This document shows positions 38,801 through 49,600 of a stretch of DNA of 51,073 bases, piece by piece (positions within the stretch are counted from its first letter, which is position 1; every line of letters starts with the position of its first letter). Source of the DNA: a virus (lineage: Duplodnaviria > Caudoviricetes); IMG/VR virus record IMGVR_UViG_3300046786_000189, positions 1-51,073 of that record; one strand, given 5' to 3'. A program made the translations under genes and the position numbers. The notes under the pieces were generated by a model. It did not search any database. It had not been told where the DNA came from and saw only the letters and a program-made list of their open reading frames with translations.

Positions 38801-41800
38801 CAAAATACAATTACTCGCGCCGGCAACACCACACAAGGCACAGTGTCACCGTTCAGTGCCACAGGATGGAGTGGGTATTTTGATGGTACTGGGGATTACA
38901 TTTCCCCAAACAACAGCACAGGCCTAGGCGCAGGAGATTTTACCATCGAAGCGTGGATATATCCAACCACAGCATTACAAAATGAAAAAATGGTGTTTGA
39001 CTGGAGACCTGCTTCTAGCGCTACCACACAACCTTTTCTTGAGCTTATAACCTCATCTAGTGTTCAGCACATAAGATTTAGAAATGCCAGTTATCCTAGT
39101 GGCATTGTGTCGGGTGGTACTGTGGTAACCAATGCATGGAATCATGTGGCAGTAACTAGATCGGGAAGTGGCAGCAATAACGTTAAGTTGTTTATAAATG
39201 GTGTATTAATTAATCAAGCCACTAATACAGATACATTTGCTGGTGCCGCTAACCGTCCTTACCTTGGAGCAAATGATGTGGCCAGTACCTTCTACACTGG
39301 TTATATCAGCAATGCTAGAATAGTAATTGGTACAGCACTTTATACCGCTGCATTTACACCAAGCACTACTCCATTGCGTGCAGTGTCAGGTACAAATTTG
39401 CTAACACTGCAAAGTCCTCAGTTCGTTGATAACAGTGCCAACAGATTTGCAATCACAGTATCCGGTGACACTAAAACTCAAAGTTTCTCACCATTTGGTG
39501 GAGTCACTGTAACTCCATACTACAGCAATTACTTTGATGGTACCGGTGACTATTTAAGTATAGCCGATAGTGCAGCACTTCAATTTGGCACAGGTAACTT
39601 TACAGTTGAATGTTGGGTGTATGAACCCGCACAATCGGGCCAATATAATACTGTGATAGGTAAATGGGGCACTGGTTTTGGTACTACCGGTGACTGGTCT
39701 TTAAGAACACGATTTAACAACGGAACACAATTTGCAGTTACCATTAGAAACACATCTGGCTGGTACGACATTCAAACCAACGTCAGTGTTAGTGACAATA
39801 CATGGCATCACCTTGCATTTGTTCGAGATTCTGCCACAACCATTAAGTTATATATTGATGGCGTGTTAAGCGCAACTCAAGCAGTATCGTCAACAGATAT
39901 TGTTGGCTCATCAGCAACTATGTCTATCGGTGGAAACGTTGCATCTTCAACTGGTGAAGTAGCGAGCACAGGATATATCAGCAATGTTCGCATAACCAAA
40001 GGTCAGGCAGTTTACACAGGTGCATTCACCCCACCCACTGCACCATTAGCAGCAACACAAAGCTCTGGAACTAACATTGCGGCAATCACACAAACTAGCT
40101 ACAGCAACTATTTTGATGGTACTGGTGATTATTTAAGTTTGGCAACAAACACCAGTATGGATTTCAGCACTGGTGATTTTACTGTAGAAGGTTGGGTGTA
40201 TCCCACTTCATTGGCAGCTGATTGGTTCCTTATTAGTGCTACTGGTAGTGGTGGATTATTTGTTGGATATGCTACTGGGATTGGATTTGGCTGGGGAAGA
40301 ACAGGGGTTGCATGGGATTATCGACCAGGTGTATTGACAGCTAATACTTGGCAGCATGTGGCTGTTACTCGCAGTGGCACTAGCATGAGAATATTTGTTA
40401 ACGGTACACAAGCAGGTACTACTCAATCTCTTTCTACTGCATACAATCTTGGTACAACCAGTACTACTATCGGAAGTCAGGGTGCAAATTATTATCTAAA
40501 TGGAATGATTTCTAACCTGCGTATAACAAAAGGTCTAGCACTTTACACTGCAAACTTTACACCAAGTACCACACCACTGACCATAAACAGTCAAGGTGCC
40601 ACTGCTGCCAACGTGAGTTTACTAACTTGTCAAAGCTCAATATTCACAGACAACAGCACCAACAGCCCCAATGCTATCACAGTAACTGGTAACACTGCAA
40701 TATCAGGATCAAATCCATTCAGTGGTAGTACCATGTTGTTGACCTCACAAAGTTCAACATTCACGGACAACAGTGTCAATGCATTTGCTATAACTGTTAA
40801 CGGTGATACAAAGCCAACCACAATTGCACCGTTCGCATCCACAACAACAACCCCCGTGAGTTACACTACTGCCGTAAACGGTGGTTCAATGTACTTTGAT
40901 GGTACTGGTGATTGTTTAACATTGCCAGTTAATACCGCAGGAACAATAATGGGCTATAGTGACTTCACAGTTGAAGCATGGATTTATCCAACTACATACT
41001 CAGGCACGGCACAGGTTATTGCTGCTGGACAAAACGATCAAGCAAGTACCACCGGAAGTTCATGGTGTCTTTATATTGCATCGGCAACTAATAGCGATAG
41101 CTATGCAGGTTCTACGGCCGTAGCACCTGCCAGTCCCAATCCTGTGAAAAATCAATGGAGTCACGTTGCTTATGTTAGATCAGGCACATCATTGAAAACT
41201 TATTTGAATGGTGTACAAGTTGGCTCTGCTAGTTTTGCTAGTGCTACTACTGCGGTTAACAACGGATCAACATCATATGCTCCAAGCATAGGAGCATTTT
41301 CTAACGGTGGCAGTCCTTTTGCTGGGTATATGTCTAACTTTAGAATTACCAAGAACGCATTGTATACTTCAGCATTTGTGCCACCAGTCAATCCTAATAC
41401 TAACACAATATATACCTCGTCAATGATTGCAGGGACTAATGGTTCAATCATTGACTACACTGGCAAAAACAATTTAGAAACAGTTGCTGACGCAAAACTA
41501 GCACCACAGAATCCTTACGGTGGCAGTTACTACAGCAACTATTTTGATGGTAGTTATGATTACTTAACTATCCCTAGCAGTGCTAGCCTTGGATTTGGTA
41601 CCGGCGATTTTACTATAGAAGCCTGGGTCTATCTAGCCTCATCGGGCGCAACAAACGGTTATATACTTTTTGATATGCGTAGTGCAGGCGGCACAGAAGT
41701 ACGTCCATCTATCCAACTAAATTCTAGTGGCACGGTATATTATTGGACACAGGCCACAAACAAAATCACCGGTGGAACTCTTACAACGGGACAGTGGACA

Positions 41801-42679
41801 CACCTTGCTGTTACTAGAGCCAGTGGAAGCACTAAATTATTCCTAAATGGAACACAGAGTGGTTCAACATATAGTGACTCAACAGATTACGGTTCATCTA
41901 ATCGCATGGTTATTGGAAACACTGCTGACTTTCCAGCATCATACAATGCAAGTTGGAATGGGTACGTATCTAATTTTAGAGTAGTAAAAGGCCAAGCTCT
42001 TTACACTGGTACATTTACACCAAGTACTTCGCCACTTACAACAACCAGTCAAAGTGCTACGGCTGGAAATGTATCACTATTAACCTGTCAAAGTAATACA
42101 ATTAAAGACAACAGTAACAATGCATTTACAATTACTGCTAGTGGTAACACTTCAGTGAATTCTATCAATCCTTTCCAAAACAATGGCACATACTCCATGT
42201 ACTTTGATGGCACTGGTGATTATTTAAAAGCCCCATCTAGTGCCAACTATCAATTTGGCACTGGTGATTTTACTATTGAATTCTGGGTGTATTTGAATAC
42301 AGTAGCTAGCAACCAAATTCTCTATGACAACAGAGTAACTGCAGGTCTTTATCCAACCATATACATGAGTACTTCCACAATCAAGTATTACACAAACTCA
42401 GCCGACCAGATCACCGGGGGAACATTAGCCACAGGGCAATGGTATTATATCGCACTTTGCAGAGCCAGTGGATCCACCAGACTTTTTGTTAACGGCACTC
42501 AGTCAGGATCAACCTATACTGACGCAAACAACTATCTAGTTGGTACACTCACAGTTGGTAGTGACGGGGCGGCGCCAGGGAGCTATCTAAACGGTTACAT
42601 TGACGATTTAAGAGTAACCAAGTACGCACGTTATACCACAACGTTTACCCCACCAACTTCTACATTCCAAACTAAGTAA
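35837..42679 (+). CDS. Giant adhesin: IPT/TIG-like and Ig-like domains followed by nine LamG/concanavalin A-like domains
   Basis: Nine repeats starting YFDG(T/S)GDYL with 'FTIE.W.YP', 'W.H.A.VR', 'LY.NG' and 'GY.SN.RI.KG.A.YT..FTP'. N-terminal 'GG.TV..NGTGF..GA.VTVG' and 'SGSLPSG.TL..NGVITGT'. Confidence 0.85.
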   Translation: MFNSGIRGRRAKDGEGTVAAQAQFVQAASPQPSITSWSISGSDDNALDPAGGQTVIVNGTGFASGASVTVGGSQIGAVTVASSTQITFTSPANAGGSYTLIVYNSSGGAAILVPGLIYSAVPTWTTNAGSIGTFYETTAISSNVVATSDSAMTYSLASGSLPSGATLYANGVITGTSPVDSGSTTYTFNITATDAEFQDVTRTFTMTINTDVVTWSSPASGATYNLVGNVAMSNVSLSATSAAGYGVTYSANTLPSGVSLSGNVIYGTPNVAASTTTLLTATANTTNRTSTNTINWVVTLGDQYWNLTTLALNSLPVTTPFQSDASLNNNNISVVADTRASNRNPYQTGYYSNYFDGSGDYLSLPYTTNFNCPTSFTIEFWAYPVSKITNYPTVFSNYSTYAANGLIGIFCGHDSNSTKWSVAFNGTDGVLISTSTVVYNRWVHIAVVRNGTAMTMYVNGVAESTSTQSATLAGTQNSMWMGVAGDNPSITYYNGYVSNLRFVKDTAVYTSNFTPSTTPLVNVSGTSLLTCQSYRLIDASPNNSTITKNGDTTVLPFNPFATVNDYGTTYYSTYFDGTGDYLTATIAALGSSDWTIEAWVYPTRSATEEIPIGCGPNASGSWELFLSYPSYSSKVRFNIYGDTNVYVSSTNYNANAWNHIAVVRSSGTITVYLNGVGGTSTAINPSYNNSTVTGLVIGRGYTDSTSGSFIGSVSNARITKGQALYTSNFTPATSPLTTTSQGATASNVSILTCQNATLIDNSTNALAITSNGQAQPQPTSPFTTTNYTTASTTIPTLGSGYFDGTGDYLNAGSIVPAFGTSAYTVEFWVYPLSLSSVHVYIRNSSTGGWQVYYDTTSGVGISSVGTGGFLFAGLGALVVNQWNHVAICRDSTASNATRNYVNGILKATGTDSTNWTVNNPLVIGANSSGTEAFNGYMSNARIIKGTALYTANFYPSPTPLTAVTNTQLLTCQYNGGSNDSQFVDTSNLQNTITRAGNTTQGTVSPFSATGWSGYFDGTGDYISPNNSTGLGAGDFTIEAWIYPTTALQNEKMVFDWRPASSATTQPFLELITSSSVQHIRFRNASYPSGIVSGGTVVTNAWNHVAVTRSGSGSNNVKLFINGVLINQATNTDTFAGAANRPYLGANDVASTFYTGYISNARIVIGTALYTAAFTPSTTPLRAVSGTNLLTLQSPQFVDNSANRFAITVSGDTKTQSFSPFGGVTVTPYYSNYFDGTGDYLSIADSAALQFGTGNFTVECWVYEPAQSGQYNTVIGKWGTGFGTTGDWSLRTRFNNGTQFAVTIRNTSGWYDIQTNVSVSDNTWHHLAFVRDSATTIKLYIDGVLSATQAVSSTDIVGSSATMSIGGNVASSTGEVASTGYISNVRITKGQAVYTGAFTPPTAPLAATQSSGTNIAAITQTSYSNYFDGTGDYLSLATNTSMDFSTGDFTVEGWVYPTSLAADWFLISATGSGGLFVGYATGIGFGWGRTGVAWDYRPGVLTANTWQHVAVTRSGTSMRIFVNGTQAGTTQSLSTAYNLGTTSTTIGSQGANYYLNGMISNLRITKGLALYTANFTPSTTPLTINSQGATAANVSLLTCQSSIFTDNSTNSPNAITVTGNTAISGSNPFSGSTMLLTSQSSTFTDNSVNAFAITVNGDTKPTTIAPFASTTTTPVSYTTAVNGGSMYFDGTGDCLTLPVNTAGTIMGYSDFTVEAWIYPTTYSGTAQVIAAGQNDQASTTGSSWCLYIASATNSDSYAGSTAVAPASPNPVKNQWSHVAYVRSGTSLKTYLNGVQVGSASFASATTAVNNGSTSYAPSIGAFSNGGSPFAGYMSNFRITKNALYTSAFVPPVNPNTNTIYTSSMIAGTNGSIIDYTGKNNLETVADAKLAPQNPYGGSYYSNYFDGSYDYLTIPSSASLGFGTGDFTIEAWVYLASSGATNGYILFDMRSAGGTEVRPSIQLNSSGTVYYWTQATNKITGGTLTTGQWTHLAVTRASGSTKLFLNGTQSGSTYSDSTDYGSSNRMVIGNTADFPASYNASWNGYVSNFRVVKGQALYTGTFTPSTSPLTTTSQSATAGNVSLLTCQSNTIKDNSNNAFTITASGNTSVNSINPFQNNGTYSMYFDGTGDYLKAPSSANYQFGTGDFTIEFWVYLNTVASNQILYDNRVTAGLYPTIYMSTSTIKYYTNSADQITGGTLATGQWYYIALCRASGSTRLFVNGTQSGSTYTDANNYLVGTLTVGSDGAAPGSYLNGYIDDLRVTKYARYTTTFTPPTSTFQTK

Positions 42680-42724
42680 CAGGACAATATAATATTTGAG
42701 CTAAATACTATAAAGAGATAACAA

Positions 42725-45577
42725 ATGGCAATCACACTACTACAACCCTTTAACTTAGATCCTACTGGTAACTATACGTTTGGTAATGTTACTGCTAGTT
42801 ATTTTATTGGTAATGGTAGTCAATTAACTGGATTAGCCTCAGGGTATTCAAACACTGACGCCGCTGCGTATCTAGCTTCAGGTACAGTTTCTTCCAACAT
42901 CATAACCTCTGGGAATGTTTCTGGATCATATTTTATTGGATCAGGAAGTCAATTAGGTAATATTACTGGTGGTAACGTTACTGGCTATGTTCCATTAGCA
43001 ACATCAGCTAATACAGCAACAACTGCTACATCAGCAACTACTGCAGGGACAGTAACAACAGCAGCCCAACCAAACATAACATCAGTTGGTACATTAAGTG
43101 GATTGGCAATAACCGGTGATGCAACACAAACAGGTAATCTTGAAATAACAGGAAATCTTAGTGTAACTGGAACATTCAATGTAACAAATGGTAGCGTTAT
43201 CGTAGGAAACTTATTACCTAGTGCAAACGTTACTTATAGCTTAGGTTCACCTACACAACGCTGGAAAGATATATATCTAGCAAGCAACACTATCTATTTG
43301 GGTAACGTTGCGTTAAGTACAACAGCAAATGATTTAACAGTTACTGGTAATGTAAACGCAAATAATATTGTATCTAATAATAGAGTTATTGCAAATACAT
43401 TAGTAAGTAATATAGCTAATGGTACAGCACCTTTAACAGTAACTTCTATTACAAGGGTAGCTAATTTAAACGTAAGCTATGCTAACGTATCTGATTATGA
43501 GGTAGTAACTACACAAACAACTGGAACGTTCTATCCAACATTCGTAAATAGTAATACTACAGGTAACTATGCACTAGCTTCTAATAGTGCAATTTCATTC
43601 AATGCCGCTACTGGAACACTATCATCAACTAAATTTAATGGTGATGGAAGTCAATTAGGTAGTTTAACTGGCGCTAATGTAACTGGCTACGTGCCATTAG
43701 CAACAAGTGCTAATACAGCATCAAGTGCAACCACAGCCGGCACTGTAACAACTGCGGCTCAACCAAACATAACATCAGTTGGGACATTAACTGGTCTAAC
43801 TGTATCATCTACAATATCTGGATCAGTATCTGGTACTGCGGCAACAGTAACAACAGCGGCTCAACCTAACATTACAAGTGTTGGAACATTAACTGGATTG
43901 ACAAGTACTGGAATTATCAACTTCTTAGGTACAAGTAATGTTAGCTTAGGTTCAAATGCCAATGTTAAAATTACAGGTGGAAGTTCTGGTCAGTACCTGC
44001 AGACAGATGGTTCAGGTAGTTTGACATGGGCTACTGTTAGTGCTAGTGGTTCTAGTTCTAACATTACTAACGGAACAAGTAATGTAAATATCGCAACATC
44101 TGGTGGCAATATCACTGCTAGCGTAGGTGGAACTGCTAATATAGTTACTATTACAACTACTGGATTAGTTTTATCAGGTAATTTAACTGCCAACTCATTA
44201 ACATTAGGTACAGGTACAGGTGGCAATCTAACAGATGTAAACTATGTAGTTGCGAATTATTTCAGTGGCAATGGTAATTTACTAGCGTATATCACAGGTT
44301 CTAATGTAATTGGTTACGTTCCATTAGCAACAGCTTCTAATACCGCAACAAGTGCAACCACAGCTGGCACTGTAACAACAGCAGCCCAACCTAACATTAC
44401 TAGTGTCGGTACACTGTCTGGCTTAACAAGTACAGGTGTTATTGACTTCCTAAGTACAAGCAATGTGAGTTTGGGTAGTGTAACAAACTTGCATATTACT
44501 GGTGGAACAAATGGATATGTATTAAGTACTGATGGATCTGGTACATTAAGTTGGATTGCACAATCCGGCGGTGGTGGTGGCGGAGGCTCTAACATCGTCA
44601 ATGGAACAAGTAATGTAAATATCGCAACATCTGGTGGTAATATTACTGCTAGTGTAGGGGGTACCGCTGATGTAGTTACTATTACTACTACCGGGCTTGT
44701 AACTTCAGGTAATATTTCTGCTAGTTATTTCTTGGGTAATGGTAGTGCATTAAGTTCTATAACCGGGGCTAACGTAATCGGTGAAGTAACATACGCTAAC
44801 GTAACTGATTATTCTAATGTAACTGCACAAACTACAGGTACATTCTATCCAGTATTTGTGAATGGTAACACAACAGCAAACTATTCTTTAGGTAGTAATA
44901 GTGCATTAGCATTTAATGCAGCAACTGGAGTATTGTCAGTAGGAACAGTTGGTGCAGGTGTCATATCCGGTGTTAACACAGTAACAGCTAACAATTTTAT
45001 AGGTAATTTAACCGGTACAGTTTCTGGATCAGTGTCTGGAACAGCAGCAACAGTAACGACCGCTGCACAACCAAACATTACCAGTACAGGTACATTGACT
45101 AGCTTAACTGTTTCAGGTCTTCTTACTGCTACTTCAACTGGTATAAAAGTTACTACTATTCAAGATAGTACTGGAACTACAGCAATAACAACAGGATATG
45201 GATCGGTCGCAGGCGCTGCAGGAGTATATTCAGATTTAACTGTAGGCACTAGTGGCACAGGAAGCGTTACTGTTAACGGAAACGTTACAGCAGTAGATAT
45301 TAATAACACATCTGACGAAAGATTAAAGGAAAACGCACAACCAATTACAAATCCATTGGCAATCTTGTCTCAGTTGTTTGGTATGTCTTTCAACTGGATT
45401 GCAGACGGTCGCAAGTCTTATGGTCTAATGGCTCAGGAAGTTGAAAAAGTATTACCTGAATTAGTTCTTACTGACGAAAATGGTAAAAAATCTGTCAACT
45501 ACATACCTTTGATTGCATTCTTAATTGAAGCTGTTAAAAATCAACAGCAAGAAATTGATAATCTAAAGAAAAGATAA
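42725..45577 (+). CDS. Fibre protein 6 with C-terminal intramolecular chaperone (peptidase S74-like)
   Basis: About 5 AQPNITSVGTL repeats; from 45311 'SDERLKEN...GLMAQEVEKVLPELV...VNY...LIEAVK' plus a coiled coil. CTAAATA at 42701-42707. Confidence 0.85.
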   Translation: MAITLLQPFNLDPTGNYTFGNVTASYFIGNGSQLTGLASGYSNTDAAAYLASGTVSSNIITSGNVSGSYFIGSGSQLGNITGGNVTGYVPLATSANTATTATSATTAGTVTTAAQPNITSVGTLSGLAITGDATQTGNLEITGNLSVTGTFNVTNGSVIVGNLLPSANVTYSLGSPTQRWKDIYLASNTIYLGNVALSTTANDLTVTGNVNANNIVSNNRVIANTLVSNIANGTAPLTVTSITRVANLNVSYANVSDYEVVTTQTTGTFYPTFVNSNTTGNYALASNSAISFNAATGTLSSTKFNGDGSQLGSLTGANVTGYVPLATSANTASSATTAGTVTTAAQPNITSVGTLTGLTVSSTISGSVSGTAATVTTAAQPNITSVGTLTGLTSTGIINFLGTSNVSLGSNANVKITGGSSGQYLQTDGSGSLTWATVSASGSSSNITNGTSNVNIATSGGNITASVGGTANIVTITTTGLVLSGNLTANSLTLGTGTGGNLTDVNYVVANYFSGNGNLLAYITGSNVIGYVPLATASNTATSATTAGTVTTAAQPNITSVGTLSGLTSTGVIDFLSTSNVSLGSVTNLHITGGTNGYVLSTDGSGTLSWIAQSGGGGGGGSNIVNGTSNVNIATSGGNITASVGGTADVVTITTTGLVTSGNISASYFLGNGSALSSITGANVIGEVTYANVTDYSNVTAQTTGTFYPVFVNGNTTANYSLGSNSALAFNAATGVLSVGTVGAGVISGVNTVTANNFIGNLTGTVSGSVSGTAATVTTAAQPNITSTGTLTSLTVSGLLTATSTGIKVTTIQDSTGTTAITTGYGSVAGAAGVYSDLTVGTSGTGSVTVNGNVTAVDINNTSDERLKENAQPITNPLAILSQLFGMSFNWIADGRKSYGLMAQEVEKVLPELVLTDENGKKSVNYIPLIAFLIEAVKNQQQEIDNLKKR

Positions 45578-45607
45578 ATAATTTAAGCCGAGTTCAAAGG
45601 AGCGAAG

Positions 45608-46000
45608 ATGGCAATTAAAACTAGCGGTACAACCGTCATTGATAACAACAGGTTATTTTATCCTGTAAATTCTGCGTCTACCCGCGCCGCACCTACCATT
45701 TCTGCAGGCACACTAACTTTGGATCTGCAAACAGCTACGATGTTTGATGTATCACTCAACGCAGCTATCACTACATTGACTATTTCTAATATACCTACTT
45801 CAGGTTCTACTGGGTCGTTTATACTAACATTAACTGCTGACGGCACTGCAAGATCCGTTACATGGCCCGGAAGTTTCAGATGGCCAGGTGGTACGGCACC
45901 AACATTAACGTCAACTCTTAATAAAACAGATATTATAACTTGTATCACCGATGACGGCGGTACGGTTTGGTACGCATTCATTTCAGGGCAAAATTTCTAA
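45608..46000 (+). CDS. Small fibre tip/adaptor protein (putative)
   Basis: 'WPGSFRWPGGTAPTLTS...DIIT..TDDGG..WY' phage fibre-end pattern; AAAGGAG SD; ATAAATA at 45574-45580. Confidence 0.55.
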   Translation: MAIKTSGTTVIDNNRLFYPVNSASTRAAPTISAGTLTLDLQTATMFDVSLNAAITTLTISNIPTSGSTGSFILTLTADGTARSVTWPGSFRWPGGTAPTLTSTLNKTDIITCITDDGGTVWYAFISGQNF

Positions 46001-46602
46001 TGGCTAAGTACGCATTTATTGAAAACAACGAGATCATTGGTTTATACAATGATCTACCTAGAAACTGGAGAAACATCAGCAATTTTTATGCTTTAGAGAC
46101 AGAACCAGAATATTTAGATTCTTTGGGATGGAAATTAGTTCAACGAGCAACAACTCCTGAATACGATAATACTACACAGTATCTATCTCAATCTACATAT
46201 AATATTGTAGATAACCAAGTAATTGAAACAATAGAAGTATTAGATATAGCAACTCCTACCACTGAACAACTAGAATTAAAAAGAAGTAGCGACCATGATG
46301 TTGCTATGAGAGCACTACGTGACCGTAGAAATGCATTATTAGCCGCTACTGATAAAACTCAATTGTCAGACATTATTAAAAAGAATGGTCCTGAATTATC
46401 ATTGCAATACGAAACATATAGACAAGCATTAAGAGATTTAGCAAATACATATGATGCTGATCCTAACTTTGTAAATGTTGACACTGCTATATTTCCTACT
46501 GAACCTTCTATTCAACCAACTGAGTCACCTTCTGATCCTGAAATACCAATATCTGATCCACCTGTAACAGAAAATTTACCTGAAGATACAGGAGGAGTAT
46601 AA
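46000..46602 (+). CDS. Tail fibre assembly chaperone-like protein
   Basis: 'LRDRRNALLAATDKTQLSD...YRQALRDL' motif. Start re-called at ATG 46000 (TAATG overlap). Confidence 0.7.
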   Translation: MAKYAFIENNEIIGLYNDLPRNWRNISNFYALETEPEYLDSLGWKLVQRATTPEYDNTTQYLSQSTYNIVDNQVIETIEVLDIATPTTEQLELKRSSDHDVAMRALRDRRNALLAATDKTQLSDIIKKNGPELSLQYETYRQALRDLANTYDADPNFVNVDTAIFPTEPSIQPTESPSDPEIPISDPPVTENLPEDTGGV

Positions 46603-49600
46603 TGTCATTAATTGGTGCTAATCAATTACTTGCCGTAACAGCCGTAAGTGCTGCACCTCCACCGGGCCCTGGTCAAAATTCATTATATACATGGGGTACT
46701 AACACAGCCGGCCAACTTGGTTTAAGTTTAAACACCACAGTTGCTAAATCAAGCCCGTCGTTGGTATCATCTAGTTGGTCACAAATTAGTGTAGGCAATA
46801 GTCACACTATGGCTATTAAAACAAACGGAACATTATGGACTTGGGGTTATAACGCCAGTGGTCAATTGGGTGATAGTACTACCATTAGTAAATCAAGCCC
46901 AATACAAATAGGTAGTGCTACTAATTGGTCTAAAGTAGACACCGGTGACCTGTTTTCAATGGCGTTAAACACGTCAGGAGCATTATATACATGGGGAGAC
47001 AATGCGTTTCTTGGTAACCTAGGCGATGGTACTGCGATCAGCAAAAGTAGTCCGGTACAAGTTAACGGAACTTGGATTGATATGGCAGCCGGCAATCAAG
47101 TTGCGTTTGGTGTTAAATCCGATAACACATTATGGGGTTGGGGGTATGGACTTTATGGTACTCTTGGGTTGGGAACTACTGTTTCTAGAAGTAGCCCTAC
47201 ACAAATTACTACTAGTACATTGGTAGTTTGGAGTAGTGTAACTGCCAGCGCACCCGCGACTGGTAATAATCCGCATGTAATCGCAACATCTACAACTGGT
47301 GCAATGTATGCATGGGGTAGAGTAACAGAAGGTCAAATGGGCACACCGGTGTCATTTGTATCTATGATTCCCATGACTACCGGCCAACTAGCAATAAGGT
47401 CAGATAACACATTGTGGGGCTGGGGCGCAAATCATTTTCTTGGATTCAACACTACTGTGGGATTTAGATCCAGCCCAACTCAAATTTTAGCTAATGGTGG
47501 AGGAGTACGTGCTGTAAACCCAACCAACGCTGGATGGGTCGCAACTACATTGGATGGAAACATTTGGACATGTGGATTAAATATACCATCGACATACTAC
47601 GGAGATAATAAGGCCACTGCAGTGGCACCAACCTTTCAATACTCCAGTCCAATTCAAGTAAAAGCAAGTCAAGGTGAGTGGTATAATGCCTGGTCATCTC
47701 CGTACGCAATGTACGCTATAAAAAATAATGGTACATTATGGTCTTGGGGAGATTATGGCGCTACGTTAGGGAACAATACTTCAATAGCAAGATCAAGTCC
47801 GGTTCAAGTTGGGTCAGCAACTGATTGGATTACGGGTATACGACAAATGAATCCTATGCCTGGCGGCTTCTTGGGTTTATATTATTTAAAAAATGATGAC
47901 ACATTATGGAATCTTGGCTCAGCGAACGCAATAACATATGGTTTTAATACTAGCGCCGCTCGGTCAAGTCCGTCACAAATAACAGGTGCTTGGAAACATA
48001 TTAGTGAAAGTGTATCCGGTTCTAGTCCTAATTTTATATATGGTGTAAAGACTGATGGAACCTTGTGGTTTTGGGGTAACGAGGTAAATGACGCCGGTGG
48101 CGGAAAACCGGGTTTAAATGGACTTAACACTACTATAACTGTTATTAGATCCAGTCCGACTCAGATACCCGCTGTATCCTATTCTTGGGTTCGGGCTCCA
48201 AGTTTAGTTTCTTGCGCCAATGGCTACACTGCGGCTATCGGTGGAGTTACTGCCAACGGAGCAACATGGGGTTGGGGATTTAATCAAAATGCAAATATTA
48301 GAACTGGACAGACTGGTCCACAGGGTCCAATAGGTGTCCCAATATGGTGTAGTGGCAATTCTGCAATATTTTCTAATGGTGCATTATATATGTGGGGTAG
48401 CAATTACGGTGGGTTGTTTGGGAACGGTTCTACAAACTCAACAGTCTTAAAACGTTCAAGCCCAGTTCAAGCGGGTACTGGTATGGCAGACACTGTTAGG
48501 TACTATAGGTACACTAGAACATATAGTAGAGACCCTAACTTTATGATAGCTAACCAAGATGATGACACATTATGGTCTTGGGGCCAAGGTTGGCAGGGTC
48601 AACTAGGACAAAATACAACTCTTAGTAGAAGCGCTCCAACACAAATTGCAGGAAGTTGGGTAATGGCTTCAGCAGTCAGACATGCTGCGTCACCAGATTA
48701 CACATCTGTACATGCATTAAAAAATGATGGACTTGTGTATACTTGGGGTGATAATAGATTCGGTCAATTAGGAGATAACACAACTCAAAGTAAATCTAGT
48801 CCAACACAAATTTCTGCATCTAAGTCATTTGTGACAGTAGGGGGTGGAGCCACTGCAGGAATTGCAGTCGCAACAGATGGAACATTGTGGACTTGGGGAG
48901 ATAATACATATGGTGCATTGGGTGACGGAACTACAATCTCCAAGTCTAGTCCAACCCAAATAGGATCTAGAACTGATTGGGGAACATGGTTAGGAGCGGT
49001 GTCAACTAACGGAATTGCTACATGGGCTATTGATACTAGTGGTAGATTATATGGTTGGGGCGGTTCCACTACATATAATATATCTATTGGTGATAGTAGT
49101 ACAGTAAGTCGTTCAAGTCCTGTGCAGATTGGTAGCGCCACTGATTGGTGGCTAATATCTGCAGGCACAAGGCATGCAGGTGGTGTCCGCCAAACAAATG
49201 ATCTTGGTGGCACAGCCGCATATTGGGGTGGATTATATACATGGGGTGACAACACATATGGGCAATTAGGCACAAGTGCTGATACTCTACCTCGTAGTAG
49301 CCCAGTAGCTATCCAGGTTAGTAGTACTAGACCAACGTATTGGGTATCATGTAACGCTAATTCAACTTCAGCATCGGTTTATATGAAATTTAGTCAGGTG
49401 ATTCGATGGGGCCGCGCTGACAGCATTTCCGGTGCCGGCCCATATACTATAGAAGATGCCCCCGCTAATAATACACTTAATTCACTGTCTAACCCAACCA
49501 TCGTTTCTTGGAACCCGGCAGTTACTGTTGCCGGTCTCGGCGGCGCCAATGCTTTCAGCAACCCGGTGCAAGTAATGCTTGAATATCAACCATTTGTAAC

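Noticed and set aside
26439-45577. Repeats as a CRISPR array or as DGR template/variable repeats
   Set aside because: The repeats are in-frame coding modules with mainly synonymous differences. There is no constant repeat-spacer period, no adenine-specific mismatch pattern in the pairs compared, and no reverse transcriptase or cas gene in the window.
4779-45999. ORF-track starts at 4785, 6053, 6122, 12679, 19178, 23838 and 45967
   Set aside because: Downstream ATGs (4779, 6023, 6149, 12616, 19247, 23850, 46000) have better SD, promoter or overlap context. The longer versions overlap promoter motifs or neighbouring genes.
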